Source of the DNA: Minisyncoccota bacterium
GTDB lineage: Bacteria; Patescibacteriota; Minisyncoccia; Phycocordibacterales; JAGLPS01
Direction of reading: 5' to 3'
Assembly: GCA_023137185.1 (NCBI GenBank)
Contig: JAGLPS010000002.1
Coordinates: 1 to 45,457 of the forward strand
Length of the DNA: 45,457 bases
The notes beneath the pieces were generated by a model. The model searched no databases and was not told the origin of the DNA. It was given only the letters and a program-made list of their open reading frames with translations. Position numbers and translations under genes: made by a program. Every line of letters begins with the position of its first letter. The stretch's first letter is position 1. Shown piece by piece: positions 1 to 9,615 of this stretch.

Positions 1-411
1 GGTGAAATAGTAATACCCCCAACCTCTTCTGGTACAAGTGTTGTGCGGTCTACCTCATATCCCAACTATGATGGATACTATATAAAACCGGTTAATGGAA
101 GAAAAAGTCAGGGGCTACACGGGTATAACGCAGTTGATATCGCAGCACCTTACGGCACTCCTATCGTAGCCGCGGCTTCAGGTGTTGTGATTATTTCTCG
201 CGCGACAGGATGGAACGGAGGATATGGAGGATATGTTGTTATTTCTCACAATAATGGAACACAGACACTGTATGCTCATATGAGCTCTGACATTGTTTCT
301 GTTGGAGATGTCGTCCAACAAGGACAGGTGATTGGCTATGTTGGTTCAACAGGGCGATCCACAGGTCCCCATTTGCATATTGAAGTTCGCGGAGCGAGAA
401 ATCCGTTTTAA
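1..411 (+). CDS. M23 family metallopeptidase, C-terminal part (5' truncated by window)
   Basis: Frame open from base 1. M23 motifs HGYNAVD (HxxxD), YAHM and STGPHLH (HxH). Confidence 0.9.
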   Translation, partial: GEIVIPPTSSGTSVVRSTSYPNYDGYYIKPVNGRKSQGLHGYNAVDIAAPYGTPIVAAASGVVIISRATGWNGGYGGYVVISHNNGTQTLYAHMSSDIVSVGDVVQQGQVIGYVGSTGRSTGPHLHIEVRGARNPF

Positions 412-438
412 AAAATAATCTAGATAATATCCCACGAT

Positions 439-469
439 AAAAGCCTCAACATTTTTTGTTGAGGCTTTT
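439..469. terminator. Bidirectional intrinsic terminator
   Basis: AAAAGCCTCAACA / TGTTGAGGCTTTT inverted repeat between convergent genes. Confidence 0.8.
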
Positions 470-540
470 GCAATTGATGATATAAACTTCTGGCTTTAGT
501 TAAAGCGTGTTAAAGGCGAACTTTTCCAACAATGAAGCTA

Positions 541-2091
541 TTATCTTTCTTGTTTGTGTCTGTATTGGAGCGCTTCAAGGAGGTGGCCGTTCTCAATCTC
601 TTCCGTTTCGTATAGGTCGGCAATGGTGCGGCTTAATTTAACGATTCTGTGATACGCGCGAGGAGACAGCCCAAAAGACTGCGCCGATTTGTCTAATGTG
701 TGTTTTACATCGGGAGAAAGCCGTATAAGCTCAACAAGGTTACGAGAATTCATTTCACTATTCGTTAATATATTAAGCCCTTGTTTTTTGAAACGGTGGG
801 ATTGAATGTCTCGCGCTTTTTGGACGCGCGCCTGAATTACGTCTGCTCGCTCTTTATTTTTTTTGTTTTTGTCCATTAAGCTTTTGTGGTCTATGTTTGA
901 AACTTCTACCCACATATCAATTCTATCCACAATCGGACCGGAAACTTTTCTTTTATATCGCAGAATATCTTGCGAATTACATACGCAGTTTTTTCCACTT
1001 ACTCCATAAAATCCGCATGGGCACGGGTTCATTGCAGCAATAAGAATAAACCGCGCGGGAAATTGCGCTGTTCCACGCGCTCTGGAAATACTCACGACGC
1101 GCTCTTCAAGAGGCTCTCTCAGTGCTTCAAGCACACGGCTTTCAAATTCAGGAAACTCATCTAGAAAAAGAACTCCGTTATGAGCAAGCGTTACTTCTCC
1201 GGGTTTAGGTATGGCTCCTCCGCCAATAAGAGAAACGTAAGAAGAAGTGTGATGGGGGCTTCTAAAAGGCGAGCGCGTGAGCAAATCATTTTTTAGAATT
1301 CCAGCTACTGAATGGATGCTTGTTGTTTCAAAAATTTCTTCCAAAGAAAGTGGAGGAAGAATGTGGCAAAACGCTTTTGCAAGCATAGTCTTGCCAGTGC
1401 CAGGAGGCCCATACATCGCAATATTGTGTCCTCCAGCAGCAGCAATTTCCAACCCTCTTTTTGCGCTTTCTTGACCATTAATATCGTCAAAATTAATCCC
1501 ATGCGGATTTTTAGTGAACACTATTTCTGTTTTTGTTAGTGGTAACAAAAGTTTTCTTGCAGATTTCTCTTCCGCTTCGTTTAAATGATTTACCACTTCT
1601 GAAAGTGACGTGACACCAAATATGTTTATTCCCTCAATGATTGCTGCTTCTTTGGCGTTTTCTTTAGGAACAAAGATGTCTGCGAAGCCTGATTTTTTTG
1701 CTTCCATAACGATTGGAAGCACACCGTTTACTTTTCGTATTTTTCCATCTAATGTCAGTTCTCCCAGGAAAATCTTTTTTTCTGGAGAAAAAGAAATTTC
1801 ATCCGAGGCGAGAAGGTAGGCCAATGCCATTGGAAGGTCGAATAATGGACCCTCCTTTTTTATATCCGCGGGAGCAAGTGAAATAGTAATTTTTTGATTT
1901 TTTGATTTTGGAGATTTCCACCCGGAATTTTTTATAGCGGCAGACATTCTGTCACGCGATTCTTCTACCGCTTTGTCAGGAAGACCAACGACAGTAAAAG
2001 AATGCAGACCTCGAGAAAGGTCTGTTTCTACTGTTATGATATGTGCCGAAAGGAGAGAGTTCTGAGCGCTATATACTTTAGAAAAACTCAT
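541..2091 (-). CDS. comM: ComM/YifB family Mg-chelatase-like AAA+ ATPase
   Basis: VGLPDKAVEESRDR, GPPGTGKT Walker A, RSPHH, GEVTLAHNGVLFLDE, AAMNPCPCG. Confidence 0.93.
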   Translation of the reverse strand: MSFSKVYSAQNSLLSAHIITVETDLSRGLHSFTVVGLPDKAVEESRDRMSAAIKNSGWKSPKSKNQKITISLAPADIKKEGPLFDLPMALAYLLASDEISFSPEKKIFLGELTLDGKIRKVNGVLPIVMEAKKSGFADIFVPKENAKEAAIIEGINIFGVTSLSEVVNHLNEAEEKSARKLLLPLTKTEIVFTKNPHGINFDDINGQESAKRGLEIAAAGGHNIAMYGPPGTGKTMLAKAFCHILPPLSLEEIFETTSIHSVAGILKNDLLTRSPFRSPHHTSSYVSLIGGGAIPKPGEVTLAHNGVLFLDEFPEFESRVLEALREPLEERVVSISRARGTAQFPARFILIAAMNPCPCGFYGVSGKNCVCNSQDILRYKRKVSGPIVDRIDMWVEVSNIDHKSLMDKNKKNKERADVIQARVQKARDIQSHRFKKQGLNILTNSEMNSRNLVELIRLSPDVKHTLDKSAQSFGLSPRAYHRIVKLSRTIADLYETEEIENGHLLEALQYRHKQER

Positions 2092-2093
2092 AA

Positions 2094-2465
2094 TTACTTC
2101 TCGTCATCTTTCATATGAACTTCACATGTCTGTGCGGCGGGGTTTGCTTCAAGCCGTTCTTTCTCAATAAGTTTTCCGCACTCTTTACACACTCCGTATT
2201 TCTCTTCTTCAATGCGCTTAAGGGCGTCTTTGACTTCGTTAAAACGAATTTCAAGCTGTTTTAATATGGCCGTGTTTTCTTCGTATCCTTCAATGGTATC
2301 CGCTGTTTCATTGAAGTCTGCAAATTTTTCATTACTTTCCGGAAGGGCTTCCCAGTCTGCTGGGTTGTCCGGATTTCTTCTCCCTACACTTTTCAGTTCT
2401 CCTTCCAGAATTTTAAGCTCTTCTTCGAGTTTCTTTTTTAGATGCTCTGTTTCTATATGTTCCAT
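2094..2465 (-). CDS. TraR/DksA family zinc-finger protein
   Basis: Coiled coil followed by YGVCKECG...ERLEANPAAQTCEVH. Start taken at ATG 2465. Confidence 0.85.
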   Translation of the reverse strand: MEHIETEHLKKKLEEELKILEGELKSVGRRNPDNPADWEALPESNEKFADFNETADTIEGYEENTAILKQLEIRFNEVKDALKRIEEEKYGVCKECGKLIEKERLEANPAAQTCEVHMKDDEK

Positions 2466-2581
2466 AATTACGTATGATAGCAAAAAAGTATTAAAAAGGC
2501 TCTCTATTTCTCCTAGCGAGGCCTACTCGTCTTACCCGACCAAGGGCGGATAGGCTTTGTATGGCTATAGTTTAGGAATCT

Positions 2582-3712
2582 TTACTGTACTAGTTTTGAG
2601 TTAAAATAACGGTTTAAAATGTTATTAAACACCTTTTCGTTTCCCGCAATAAGTATAATTTCTTTATCAAGAAATGCGTATACAAAAAGCATCTCTCTTT
2701 GGGTATTTCGTATAGCGCGGGTATCCTTATTTTTTATCACTATATCTTCAAATTGAGTTGGGGTCGAGGAGGCCGCGTTAAAAAAGAGCTGCCCTATTTC
2801 TTGAGCGATTGTTTTTTCCCACTCAAGCATTCCAGAAAATCCCGTCTCGAATGAATCTGTTTTCATTAAAATGAAAAGTTCATTAGTGTCTTGCTTAAGT
2901 ATCCCGAACATATAATCTCCCAAAGAACGAAGTAGATATGCCGGAGCAGAAGGGCTGATTTCCAACACAGCCGCTTCAGCAGAAAGCTCAGTTTTAGACG
3001 AACGTATTTCTAAAAATGCGACATCTCCCTCGTCTAAATCAAGTGTCGATAGTTTCTTCTTAATTGAAGATGAAAGATTGTCTTCTTGGATACTTATTTT
3101 TTCTTCTTTTTCCGCGGGAACAATGGTTTGTCTGTAGAATGTTGTGATAGCTTTTTGTTCTTGAGATTTTGCGTACAGGAATATAAATAGCGACCCAATT
3201 CCCGTTACTATAAGCATTAAAGTCAGAAAAATAATGAGACTATTTTGAGCGGTGTTTTCTTTTGCGTACTTTTTCTTCTCCCCGCTTTTCTCTCGTCGCT
3301 TTTTTTCTGCGAGGGCAATTGTTGTAACCGATTCCTTTTTGTTTTGTATTGCTTCCTCAACATCACTGCGATATGTGCGGATAGGTTTTATCGGAGAGCT
3401 AGCAAATTTTCCTTGCATAAATTCCTGAACTGTTGATGGGCTATTATCGAGAGGTGTTTTTTGTGGCAGAGGCTGTTTGATATGTTGTTGTTTTGCGGAC
3501 AGACCAAAAGGGTTTTTTCCAAGAAGTGTGCCTTCTAATTTTCCCAAAGCATCTCTTTTGTTTCCCATGTTTCCCGAACTATTTTTTTCTTTTTTCTTTT
3601 CTACTGGAAAAACTGCGGATTGTATTTCTACGGAAGAAGATGCGTTATCTTGTCGCTGAGATTCCTGTTCAGGTTGCGTTTCTTTTTTAGTAATGTTTGT
3701 TTGTGTATCCAT
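2582..3712 (-). CDS. Hypothetical single-pass membrane protein
   Basis: 376-aa ORF with low-complexity N-terminus and one hydrophobic helix (SLIIFLTLMLIVTGIGSLFIFLY). Confidence 0.75.
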   Translation of the reverse strand: MDTQTNITKKETQPEQESQRQDNASSSVEIQSAVFPVEKKKEKNSSGNMGNKRDALGKLEGTLLGKNPFGLSAKQQHIKQPLPQKTPLDNSPSTVQEFMQGKFASSPIKPIRTYRSDVEEAIQNKKESVTTIALAEKKRREKSGEKKKYAKENTAQNSLIIFLTLMLIVTGIGSLFIFLYAKSQEQKAITTFYRQTIVPAEKEEKISIQEDNLSSSIKKKLSTLDLDEGDVAFLEIRSSKTELSAEAAVLEISPSAPAYLLRSLGDYMFGILKQDTNELFILMKTDSFETGFSGMLEWEKTIAQEIGQLFFNAASSTPTQFEDIVIKNKDTRAIRNTQREMLFVYAFLDKEIILIAGNEKVFNNILNRYFNSKLVQ

Positions 3713-3745
3713 TAATTTCCTTTTGGTTTGAAGTACCTGTGTTTT

Positions 3746-5875
3746 TTAGCTGTTGTCGGTGTAGTGAGAAGGTTTTTTTATGAAGTTCGGGTCTCTATCT
3801 TTTATAGACAGTTTAATCCTTTCTTTCTCGTCAATTTCTTTAATGATAACAGGAATCGTGTCTCCTATCTTCAAAACATCTTCAACTTTTTCTACTCTCC
3901 ATGGCGCAATCTCTGATATATGAACAAGTCCATCAGCCTTTATTCCGATTTTCACGAAAGCTCCGAAGTCGGTTATTTTCACCACCTTACCTTCAAATGT
4001 TTCACCTGCTTTATACTCCTTTGTTATCTCGGAGATTATTCGCGCCGCTTCTTCCGGTCCACTATTTTTTCCCGTAATAAGCACTACCCCATCTTCTTCA
4101 ATATCTATCTCTGTGCCTGTCTTTTCCCTAATTTCATTTATCACCTTTCCGCCTGGCCCAATAACCATACCAATTTGATTCTTTTTTATTTTAATTGGTA
4201 TAATTCGAGGAGCGTTTGGGGAAAGAGATTCTCTTGGTTGCGCAATCTCCTTTTCAATTATATCAAGAATTTTTTCCCGCGCCGTTTTTGCTCCTTCAAG
4301 CGCTTCTTTGAGAATAAAAAGAGGAATGCCGTTTACTTTTACGTCAAGTTGAGCTGCTGTAATACCGTTGCGACTACCTGCTATCTTAAAATCCATGTCT
4401 CCATGATGGTCTTCAGAACCTTGAATGTCAGTAAGAACAACATAATTATTTTTATCCTCCATCATAAGGCCCATAGCAATTCCAGCTACTGGCGCCTTAA
4501 TGGGGACACCCGCGTCCATAAGGGCGAGAGTGCTTCCACATACGGACGCCATTGATGTCGAACCATTTGAGGCCATTGATTCGGACACAATTCGAATCGT
4601 ATATGGAAACTGTTCTTTTGGAGGGATGATTGCGAGTAGCGCTTTCTCCGCGAGCGCGCCGTGTCCTATCATTCTGCGGTTTGTGGAACCAATACGCCCT
4701 GTTTCTCCGCTTGAGAACGGAGGAAAATTATAATGGTGCATAAAGTGTTTGTGCGTCTCTTGAGTTTCCATTGCGTCAATAATCAGTGAGTCGCCCGGGC
4801 CTCCAAGTGTTATTACAGAGAGTACGTGTGTTCCTCCACGATAAAAAATGCCTGAGCCGTGAAGCACAGAGGAAATTCTACCAGCCTGCGAAAAGAGAGG
4901 GCGAAGTTCATTTACCGCTCTTCCATCGGGACGTTTCTTTTCTTTCAGTGCGGTGTGGTGAACGAGTTCGTCAACTTTAGTTTCAAAATATTCCCCAGCA
5001 AATTCCAAACTCTCTTCAGGAAGTTTCTCTCGCACAAGCGTTTTCCACTCATCTTTGAGTACTTGTATTTGATTTTTCCCCGGATCGGAAAAAACATATT
5101 CTGGCATACGATTTTCAATCTCTTCGGAAAACAATGAAACAGCAGCCGCGCTTGTTTCGGGTAAAGAAATTTCTTTTTTTGGTTTTCCAATTTCAGAAAT
5201 AATTTTTTTCTGGAAATCCTGAAGTTTTTCAATTTCCTCAGTCGCTTTTTCAAGCCCTTGCATCACAAGATTTTCTGATGTTTCTTTCGCTCCGATCTCT
5301 ATCATATTTATTGTCTCGTTTTTCCCACAGACAAGAAGATCCATCTGAAAATTGTTATCTTTTCGCAGAGTATATGCTGGATTTATTTCAAATTCATCTT
5401 TCCCCGAAAGTTTTCCTACTCGTACCGCGCTTATTGGACCATCCCATGGGATATCTGAAGTTCCCAACGACAGAGACGCGGCAATTACGCCCAAAATATC
5501 AGGATCGTACTCTCCGAGAGAAAGCACTGTAATCACTACTTGGATATCGTTGCGTATTTTGTGGTCAAAGAGAGGGCGTATTGTTCTATCAACAATTCTT
5601 CCGCTCAAAACAGCTTCTTCAGAAGGTCTCCCCTCTCGCCGCATAAAACGGCTTCCGAGAATAACTCCTGCGGCATAAAAACGTTCCTCATAATCAACGG
5701 TAAGCGGGAAAAATCCAACTCCCTCTTTTGGATTTTTAGAAATTACCGCGGTTCCGAGCACAACTGTATCGCCATAGCGAATAATTACAGAACCGTTTGC
5801 CTGATCTGCCAAATCACTAAATTCAACGATAAGGGGAATACCTGCTATGTCAGTAGAATATTCTTTTTTCTTCAT
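3746..5875 (-). CDS. pnp: Polyribonucleotide nucleotidyltransferase
   Basis: FFPLTVDYEER, RRMIGHGALAE, SNGSTSMAS, GDMDFKIAG; C-terminal KH and S1 domains. Confidence 0.97.
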   Translation of the reverse strand: MKKKEYSTDIAGIPLIVEFSDLADQANGSVIIRYGDTVVLGTAVISKNPKEGVGFFPLTVDYEERFYAAGVILGSRFMRREGRPSEEAVLSGRIVDRTIRPLFDHKIRNDIQVVITVLSLGEYDPDILGVIAASLSLGTSDIPWDGPISAVRVGKLSGKDEFEINPAYTLRKDNNFQMDLLVCGKNETINMIEIGAKETSENLVMQGLEKATEEIEKLQDFQKKIISEIGKPKKEISLPETSAAAVSLFSEEIENRMPEYVFSDPGKNQIQVLKDEWKTLVREKLPEESLEFAGEYFETKVDELVHHTALKEKKRPDGRAVNELRPLFSQAGRISSVLHGSGIFYRGGTHVLSVITLGGPGDSLIIDAMETQETHKHFMHHYNFPPFSSGETGRIGSTNRRMIGHGALAEKALLAIIPPKEQFPYTIRIVSESMASNGSTSMASVCGSTLALMDAGVPIKAPVAGIAMGLMMEDKNNYVVLTDIQGSEDHHGDMDFKIAGSRNGITAAQLDVKVNGIPLFILKEALEGAKTAREKILDIIEKEIAQPRESLSPNAPRIIPIKIKKNQIGMVIGPGGKVINEIREKTGTEIDIEEDGVVLITGKNSGPEEAARIISEITKEYKAGETFEGKVVKITDFGAFVKIGIKADGLVHISEIAPWRVEKVEDVLKIGDTIPVIIKEIDEKERIKLSIKDRDPNFIKKPSHYTDNS

Positions 5876-5930
5876 AAGGCGTAATGAATATCAGCCTTCA
5901 GACCTACCCCGTTGGGATCCTCTAATATAT

Positions 5931-6000
5931 AAGAGAATTCAATCCTTGATTCTACTTTGAGCAATTTCTATAAAAGCAGAATCAAAAACTGAATTTTCTT
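5931..6000 (-). promoter_or_regulatory. Long hairpin in the pnp leader (candidate RNase III site)
   Basis: About 28-bp imperfect helix; most non-Watson-Crick positions become G-U only on the pnp sense strand. Confidence 0.55.
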
Positions 6001-6096
6001 TCGAGGTTACAGACTTAAAATCTCTTTCAAATCCATCTATCTGGAGACTTTCTTTTAGTAATAATGAATAATATTTCAGTCTATCAAATTTTTTCC

Positions 6097-6633
6097 TTAA
6101 TTCAATGTCCGTTTTCTGTATTCTGGACTACCCATTAAGTATCGTCGTGGGTTTTTATCCAAATCAGTAAAATTGTCTGCTGTTTCAATAAGGCGAGATG
6201 AGGAAGATTTCCCAAATGCCATAACTTCCACCTGGCATCCTTTATTGTGTTTAAGGTATTCAACGAGAGGCACGAAATCTCCGTCTCCAGAGATAAGGAT
6301 AACAGCATCGAGTTTGGGCGAGAGATTAATTGCGTCTACAGCAATCCCAACATCCCAGTCGGCTTTTTTAGCTCCTCCAAAAAATATCTGAAGATCTTTT
6401 ATTTTTGCTTCGATGCCTGCTTTCTCCAATGCGTCAATGAAGTTTTGCTCTTCTCCAGACTCGGTTTTCACAACATAGGCAAGAGCTCGCACCAGTGTTC
6501 GCCCTGCAAGCCCATCTTTAACTAATTGTCCGAAATTGACTCGTTTTCGGTACAGATTTTTTGCACTATGATAAAGATTTTGCGAGTCTATAAAAATTCC
6601 GACTCTTTGGCCGGGGTGTTTAATAACTGTCAT
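6097..6633 (-). CDS. NYN domain (LabA/DUF88, PIN-like) protein
   Basis: IFIDSQN, KADWDVGIAVD and ISGDGDFVPLV motifs. Confidence 0.92.
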   Translation of the reverse strand: MTVIKHPGQRVGIFIDSQNLYHSAKNLYRKRVNFGQLVKDGLAGRTLVRALAYVVKTESGEEQNFIDALEKAGIEAKIKDLQIFFGGAKKADWDVGIAVDAINLSPKLDAVILISGDGDFVPLVEYLKHNKGCQVEVMAFGKSSSSRLIETADNFTDLDKNPRRYLMGSPEYRKRTLN

Positions 6634-6696
6634 AAAAAATTAATTTGTTCTATTAAAAATGTACAAAGAACCGCTTCCCACAATAATATGGAGTAC

Positions 6697-6969
6697 TTAC
6701 GCTTTTTTATTAATATTGAGTTTTTTCATAAGCGCATTAAAACGTCTCGCACTTTTTTTCTGAAGATACCCCATTTGGATTTGTCGGTCTGCAACCATCT
6801 GAAGAAGTCCACGACGAGAGTGGTTATCCTTTTTGTTTTTTTTGAGATGTGCCGTCAATTCCTCAATACGTTTTGTTAAAATGGCAATCTGAACTTCGGG
6901 AGAACCAGTATCTGTCCCATGTTTTTTGACATTCTCGATAACGCGCTTCTTTTTTGTTTTGGTAAGCAT
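6697..6969 (-). CDS. rpsO: 30S ribosomal protein S15
   Basis: DTGSPEVQIAILT, HLKKNKKDNHSRRGLL. Confidence 0.97.
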   Translation of the reverse strand: MLTKTKKKRVIENVKKHGTDTGSPEVQIAILTKRIEELTAHLKKNKKDNHSRRGLLQMVADRQIQMGYLQKKSARRFNALMKKLNINKKA

Positions 6970-7046
6970 TAAAAGAAATCATAGCACACGAGAACTCCCT
7001 CTGCAAGGTCTCCTTTTTTCCTCCTTCTCTTTCCCGTATACTGTAT

Positions 7047-7970
7047 ATGTCGCACAATATTATGACACTTGATAAGTTAAAAAGAGAATTTCTTCAATAT
7101 CTTGAAATAGAAAAAGGTCGGAGTCTCAAAACAGTAGAAAACTACAACAGGTATTTAGAACGTTTTCTCACATTCACCGGAGTAAATCAGCCAAAAGACA
7201 TTACTGACTTAGTGGTGCGGGAATATCGTCTCTGGCTCAACCGTCAAACTGCTGGAAAGAAAGAAGGAAGAGAAGAGTTTCTCAAAAAAAGAACCCAAAA
7301 CTATTATCTTATTGCACTCCGCGCGTTCCTGAAATATTTGATTAAAAGAGATGTTTTGTCTCTTTCTCCTGAACGAATTGAACTTGCCAAGGTTGGCGAT
7401 CGTTCACTGGACCTTATTTCGTCAGATGAATTGCACAGGCTTATGGAAACTCCTCAAGGAGATACGGTTAAAGATCTTCGCGATAAAGCTATTTTAGAGC
7501 TTCTTTTCTCGACAGGCTTGCGAGTTTCCGAATTATGCGCTCTTCCGCGTGATATAGATTTGCGTGGAGACGAGCTTTCTGTTAGAGGGAAGGGCGATAA
7601 AGTTCGTGTTGTTTTTATTTCAGAACAGGCAAAAAATGCTTTAAAGGAATACCTTAAAAAAAGGGAAGATATGAGCGATTTTTTATTCGCGCAAGTAAGC
7701 AGAAATAAGAATGAAACGATGAGACTTACCTCGCGTTCAGTTGAGCGAATCATAAAATTTTATGCGATAAAAGCGGGGATTATGAAAAAAGTCACTCCTC
7801 ATATTCTTCGGCATAGTTTTGCGACAGATTTACTGCAAAATGGCGCTGACCTACGTTCTGTTCAAGCGCTTCTTGGTCATGCGAATATCGCAACGACTCA
7901 GGTATATACTCATGTTACAGACAAACATTTGCGGGAGATACATAAACGTTTTCATAACAAAAGGGAATAA
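7047..7970 (+). CDS. XerC/XerD-type tyrosine recombinase
   Basis: TGLRVSEL, GKGDK, HILRHSFAT, LLGH, TTQVYTH catalytic residues. Start may be ATG 7062. Confidence 0.92.
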   Translation: MSHNIMTLDKLKREFLQYLEIEKGRSLKTVENYNRYLERFLTFTGVNQPKDITDLVVREYRLWLNRQTAGKKEGREEFLKKRTQNYYLIALRAFLKYLIKRDVLSLSPERIELAKVGDRSLDLISSDELHRLMETPQGDTVKDLRDKAILELLFSTGLRVSELCALPRDIDLRGDELSVRGKGDKVRVVFISEQAKNALKEYLKKREDMSDFLFAQVSRNKNETMRLTSRSVERIIKFYAIKAGIMKKVTPHILRHSFATDLLQNGADLRSVQALLGHANIATTQVYTHVTDKHLREIHKRFHNKRE

Positions 7971-7987
7971 TTCCCAAAGAATTGCCC

Positions 7988-8015
7988 TTGACAAAGGTTT
8001 GCAATAGTGTATTAT
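7988..8015 (+). promoter_or_regulatory. sigma70-like promoter of the orphan lipoprotein gene
   Basis: TTGACA (7988-7993), 16 bp, TATTAT (8010-8015). Confidence 0.55.
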
Positions 8016-8084
8016 CTAGATTAGATTCATCTGGTGCTTTTTTAAATAAAATTCTGGACATTTAAACTATAAAGGAGGTGCGCA

Positions 8085-8396
8085 ATGTTTAGAAAATGTA
8101 TACTTTTTGTAGCAGTTTTTTGTCTTTTTTCTTTTTGTGGGTGCATTCATCTTTTGGCGCTTATCCCTGTCGCTGCGACTTCAGGCAGTCTTCTATATTC
8201 TCACCAAGAGCAAAAGAAGATGCAGGAAGAGATGCAGGAAGATATGAACAAAAGCTTGGAAAGAATGTCTGAAAACTCGCTTGAACAGCAGAAAAGACAG
8301 CATGAGCATGAAAAAGAAATGCTAGAACAGGAGTTAGAGTATCGTTCAAAATACGACACTCCTCTTGCTGTTCAAACACAAGAGAAAAATTCGTAA
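8085..8396 (+). CDS. Small orphan putative lipoprotein or secreted coiled-coil protein
   Basis: SD AAAGGAGGTG at 8071-8080, signal peptide ending FCGC, E/Q-rich helix, own terminator. Confidence 0.7.
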   Translation: MFRKCILFVAVFCLFSFCGCIHLLALIPVAATSGSLLYSHQEQKKMQEEMQEDMNKSLERMSENSLEQQKRQHEHEKEMLEQELEYRSKYDTPLAVQTQEKNS

Positions 8397-8410
8397 GTAA
8401 CAAAAAACAA

Positions 8411-8446
8411 AAATGCCCGACAATTTTTAAGAATTGTCGGGCATTT
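8411..8446 (+). terminator. Intrinsic terminator
   Basis: AAATGCCCGACAATT / AATTGTCGGGCATTT followed by a T-rich tract. Confidence 0.8.
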
Positions 8447-8492
8447 ACTTTTTTCTACCTCATGATACATTTCAAGAAAATAAGCGTCTTTT

Positions 8493-9263
8493 ATGAAAAT
8501 TATCTCTTGGAATGTGAATGGGATTCGGGCTTGTCACAAAAAAGGATGTTGGGAATGGGTTAAAAAGATTTCCCCCGATATTATTTGCGTGCAAGAAACA
8601 AAAGCTCTATCAGAGCAAATTCCGGATGAAATAAAAAATCAAAAAGAATATATTTCCTATTTTGACTCTCCGAAAGAAAAGAAAGGATACAGTGGGGTTG
8701 GAATTTTAACAAAAAAAGAACCTTGCGCTGTCGAAATAGGCATTGGCTCGTCCTCATTTGACAAAGAGGGCAGGTCTCTAACTGTCCATTTTAAAGATTT
8801 TTCTCTTATCAACACCTACTTTCCCAACGGTGGAGGTGGTGCGGAACGATTTGCCTTTAAACTTGGATATTATGATGCCTTTCTTAAATACATAGAAAAA
8901 TTGAGAAAAAAACAAAAAAATCTTATTTTTTGTGGCGATGTGAATACTGCCCATAATGAGATAGATTTAGCGCGAGCTAAAGAAAATGAAAAAAGTACAG
9001 GTTTTTTGCCAGAAGAACGGGCGTGGATAGATAAGGTCGTCTCCAAAAGGTATATTGATGTATTCAGATATTTTTATCCAGAGACACGCGACGCGTATAC
9101 GTACTGGGATATGAAAACCTTTGCAAGAGAAAGAAATATTGGATGGCGTCTCGATTATTTTTTTGTTACTTCCGAATTAATTAAAAAAGTGAAAAGAGTA
9201 AAAATTGAGGATACTGTTTTAGGTTCGGATCATTGTCCAATATCGCTGGAAATAAATCCTTAA
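8493..9263 (+). CDS. xth: Exodeoxyribonuclease III
   Basis: SWNVNGIRA, QETK, YFPNG, GDVNTAH, GWRLDY, GSDHCP. Confidence 0.95.
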   Translation: MKIISWNVNGIRACHKKGCWEWVKKISPDIICVQETKALSEQIPDEIKNQKEYISYFDSPKEKKGYSGVGILTKKEPCAVEIGIGSSSFDKEGRSLTVHFKDFSLINTYFPNGGGGAERFAFKLGYYDAFLKYIEKLRKKQKNLIFCGDVNTAHNEIDLARAKENEKSTGFLPEERAWIDKVVSKRYIDVFRYFYPETRDAYTYWDMKTFARERNIGWRLDYFFVTSELIKKVKRVKIEDTVLGSDHCPISLEINP

Positions 9264-9615
9264 AATAAGAGACAAAGAGTTATCAACAGGGTGTCCTTTA
9301 ACTGTCTTTTATAGGTGCTATTATAAAAATAGAAATCAACTTTCTGTCCTTTAAAAAATGGAAGTTGTTGGTTCTTTAAAAAAGGCCTTAAGAAAGACTC
9401 TCTGGGTAGAGAGGTTATCATAAAAATATACATATCCGCAATTACATTTAAAATTTTCTCCTAAGATATGTATTTAGGATGACGGTACTGCCTGGTGTTA
9501 TCTTTCAAAATATAAAATCGCCCCACGAGATATCATTTTTACTATCTTACAAGGCGATTTTTTATTTTTATGTTGCGAAAACTTCCAAACTTTCATGGCA
9601 AAGGATATAATCTCT

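Noticed and set aside
7047-8446. Prophage or island integrase with cargo
   Set aside because: The recombinase looks like housekeeping Xer beside rpsO; no att repeats or phage genes are nearby, and no dif site was recognised.
9264-9615. Possible ncRNA or decayed orphan gene between xth and cca
   Set aside because: Only a weak hairpin, one DnaA-box-like nonamer and a boxA-like word; no supportable ORF or RNA family.
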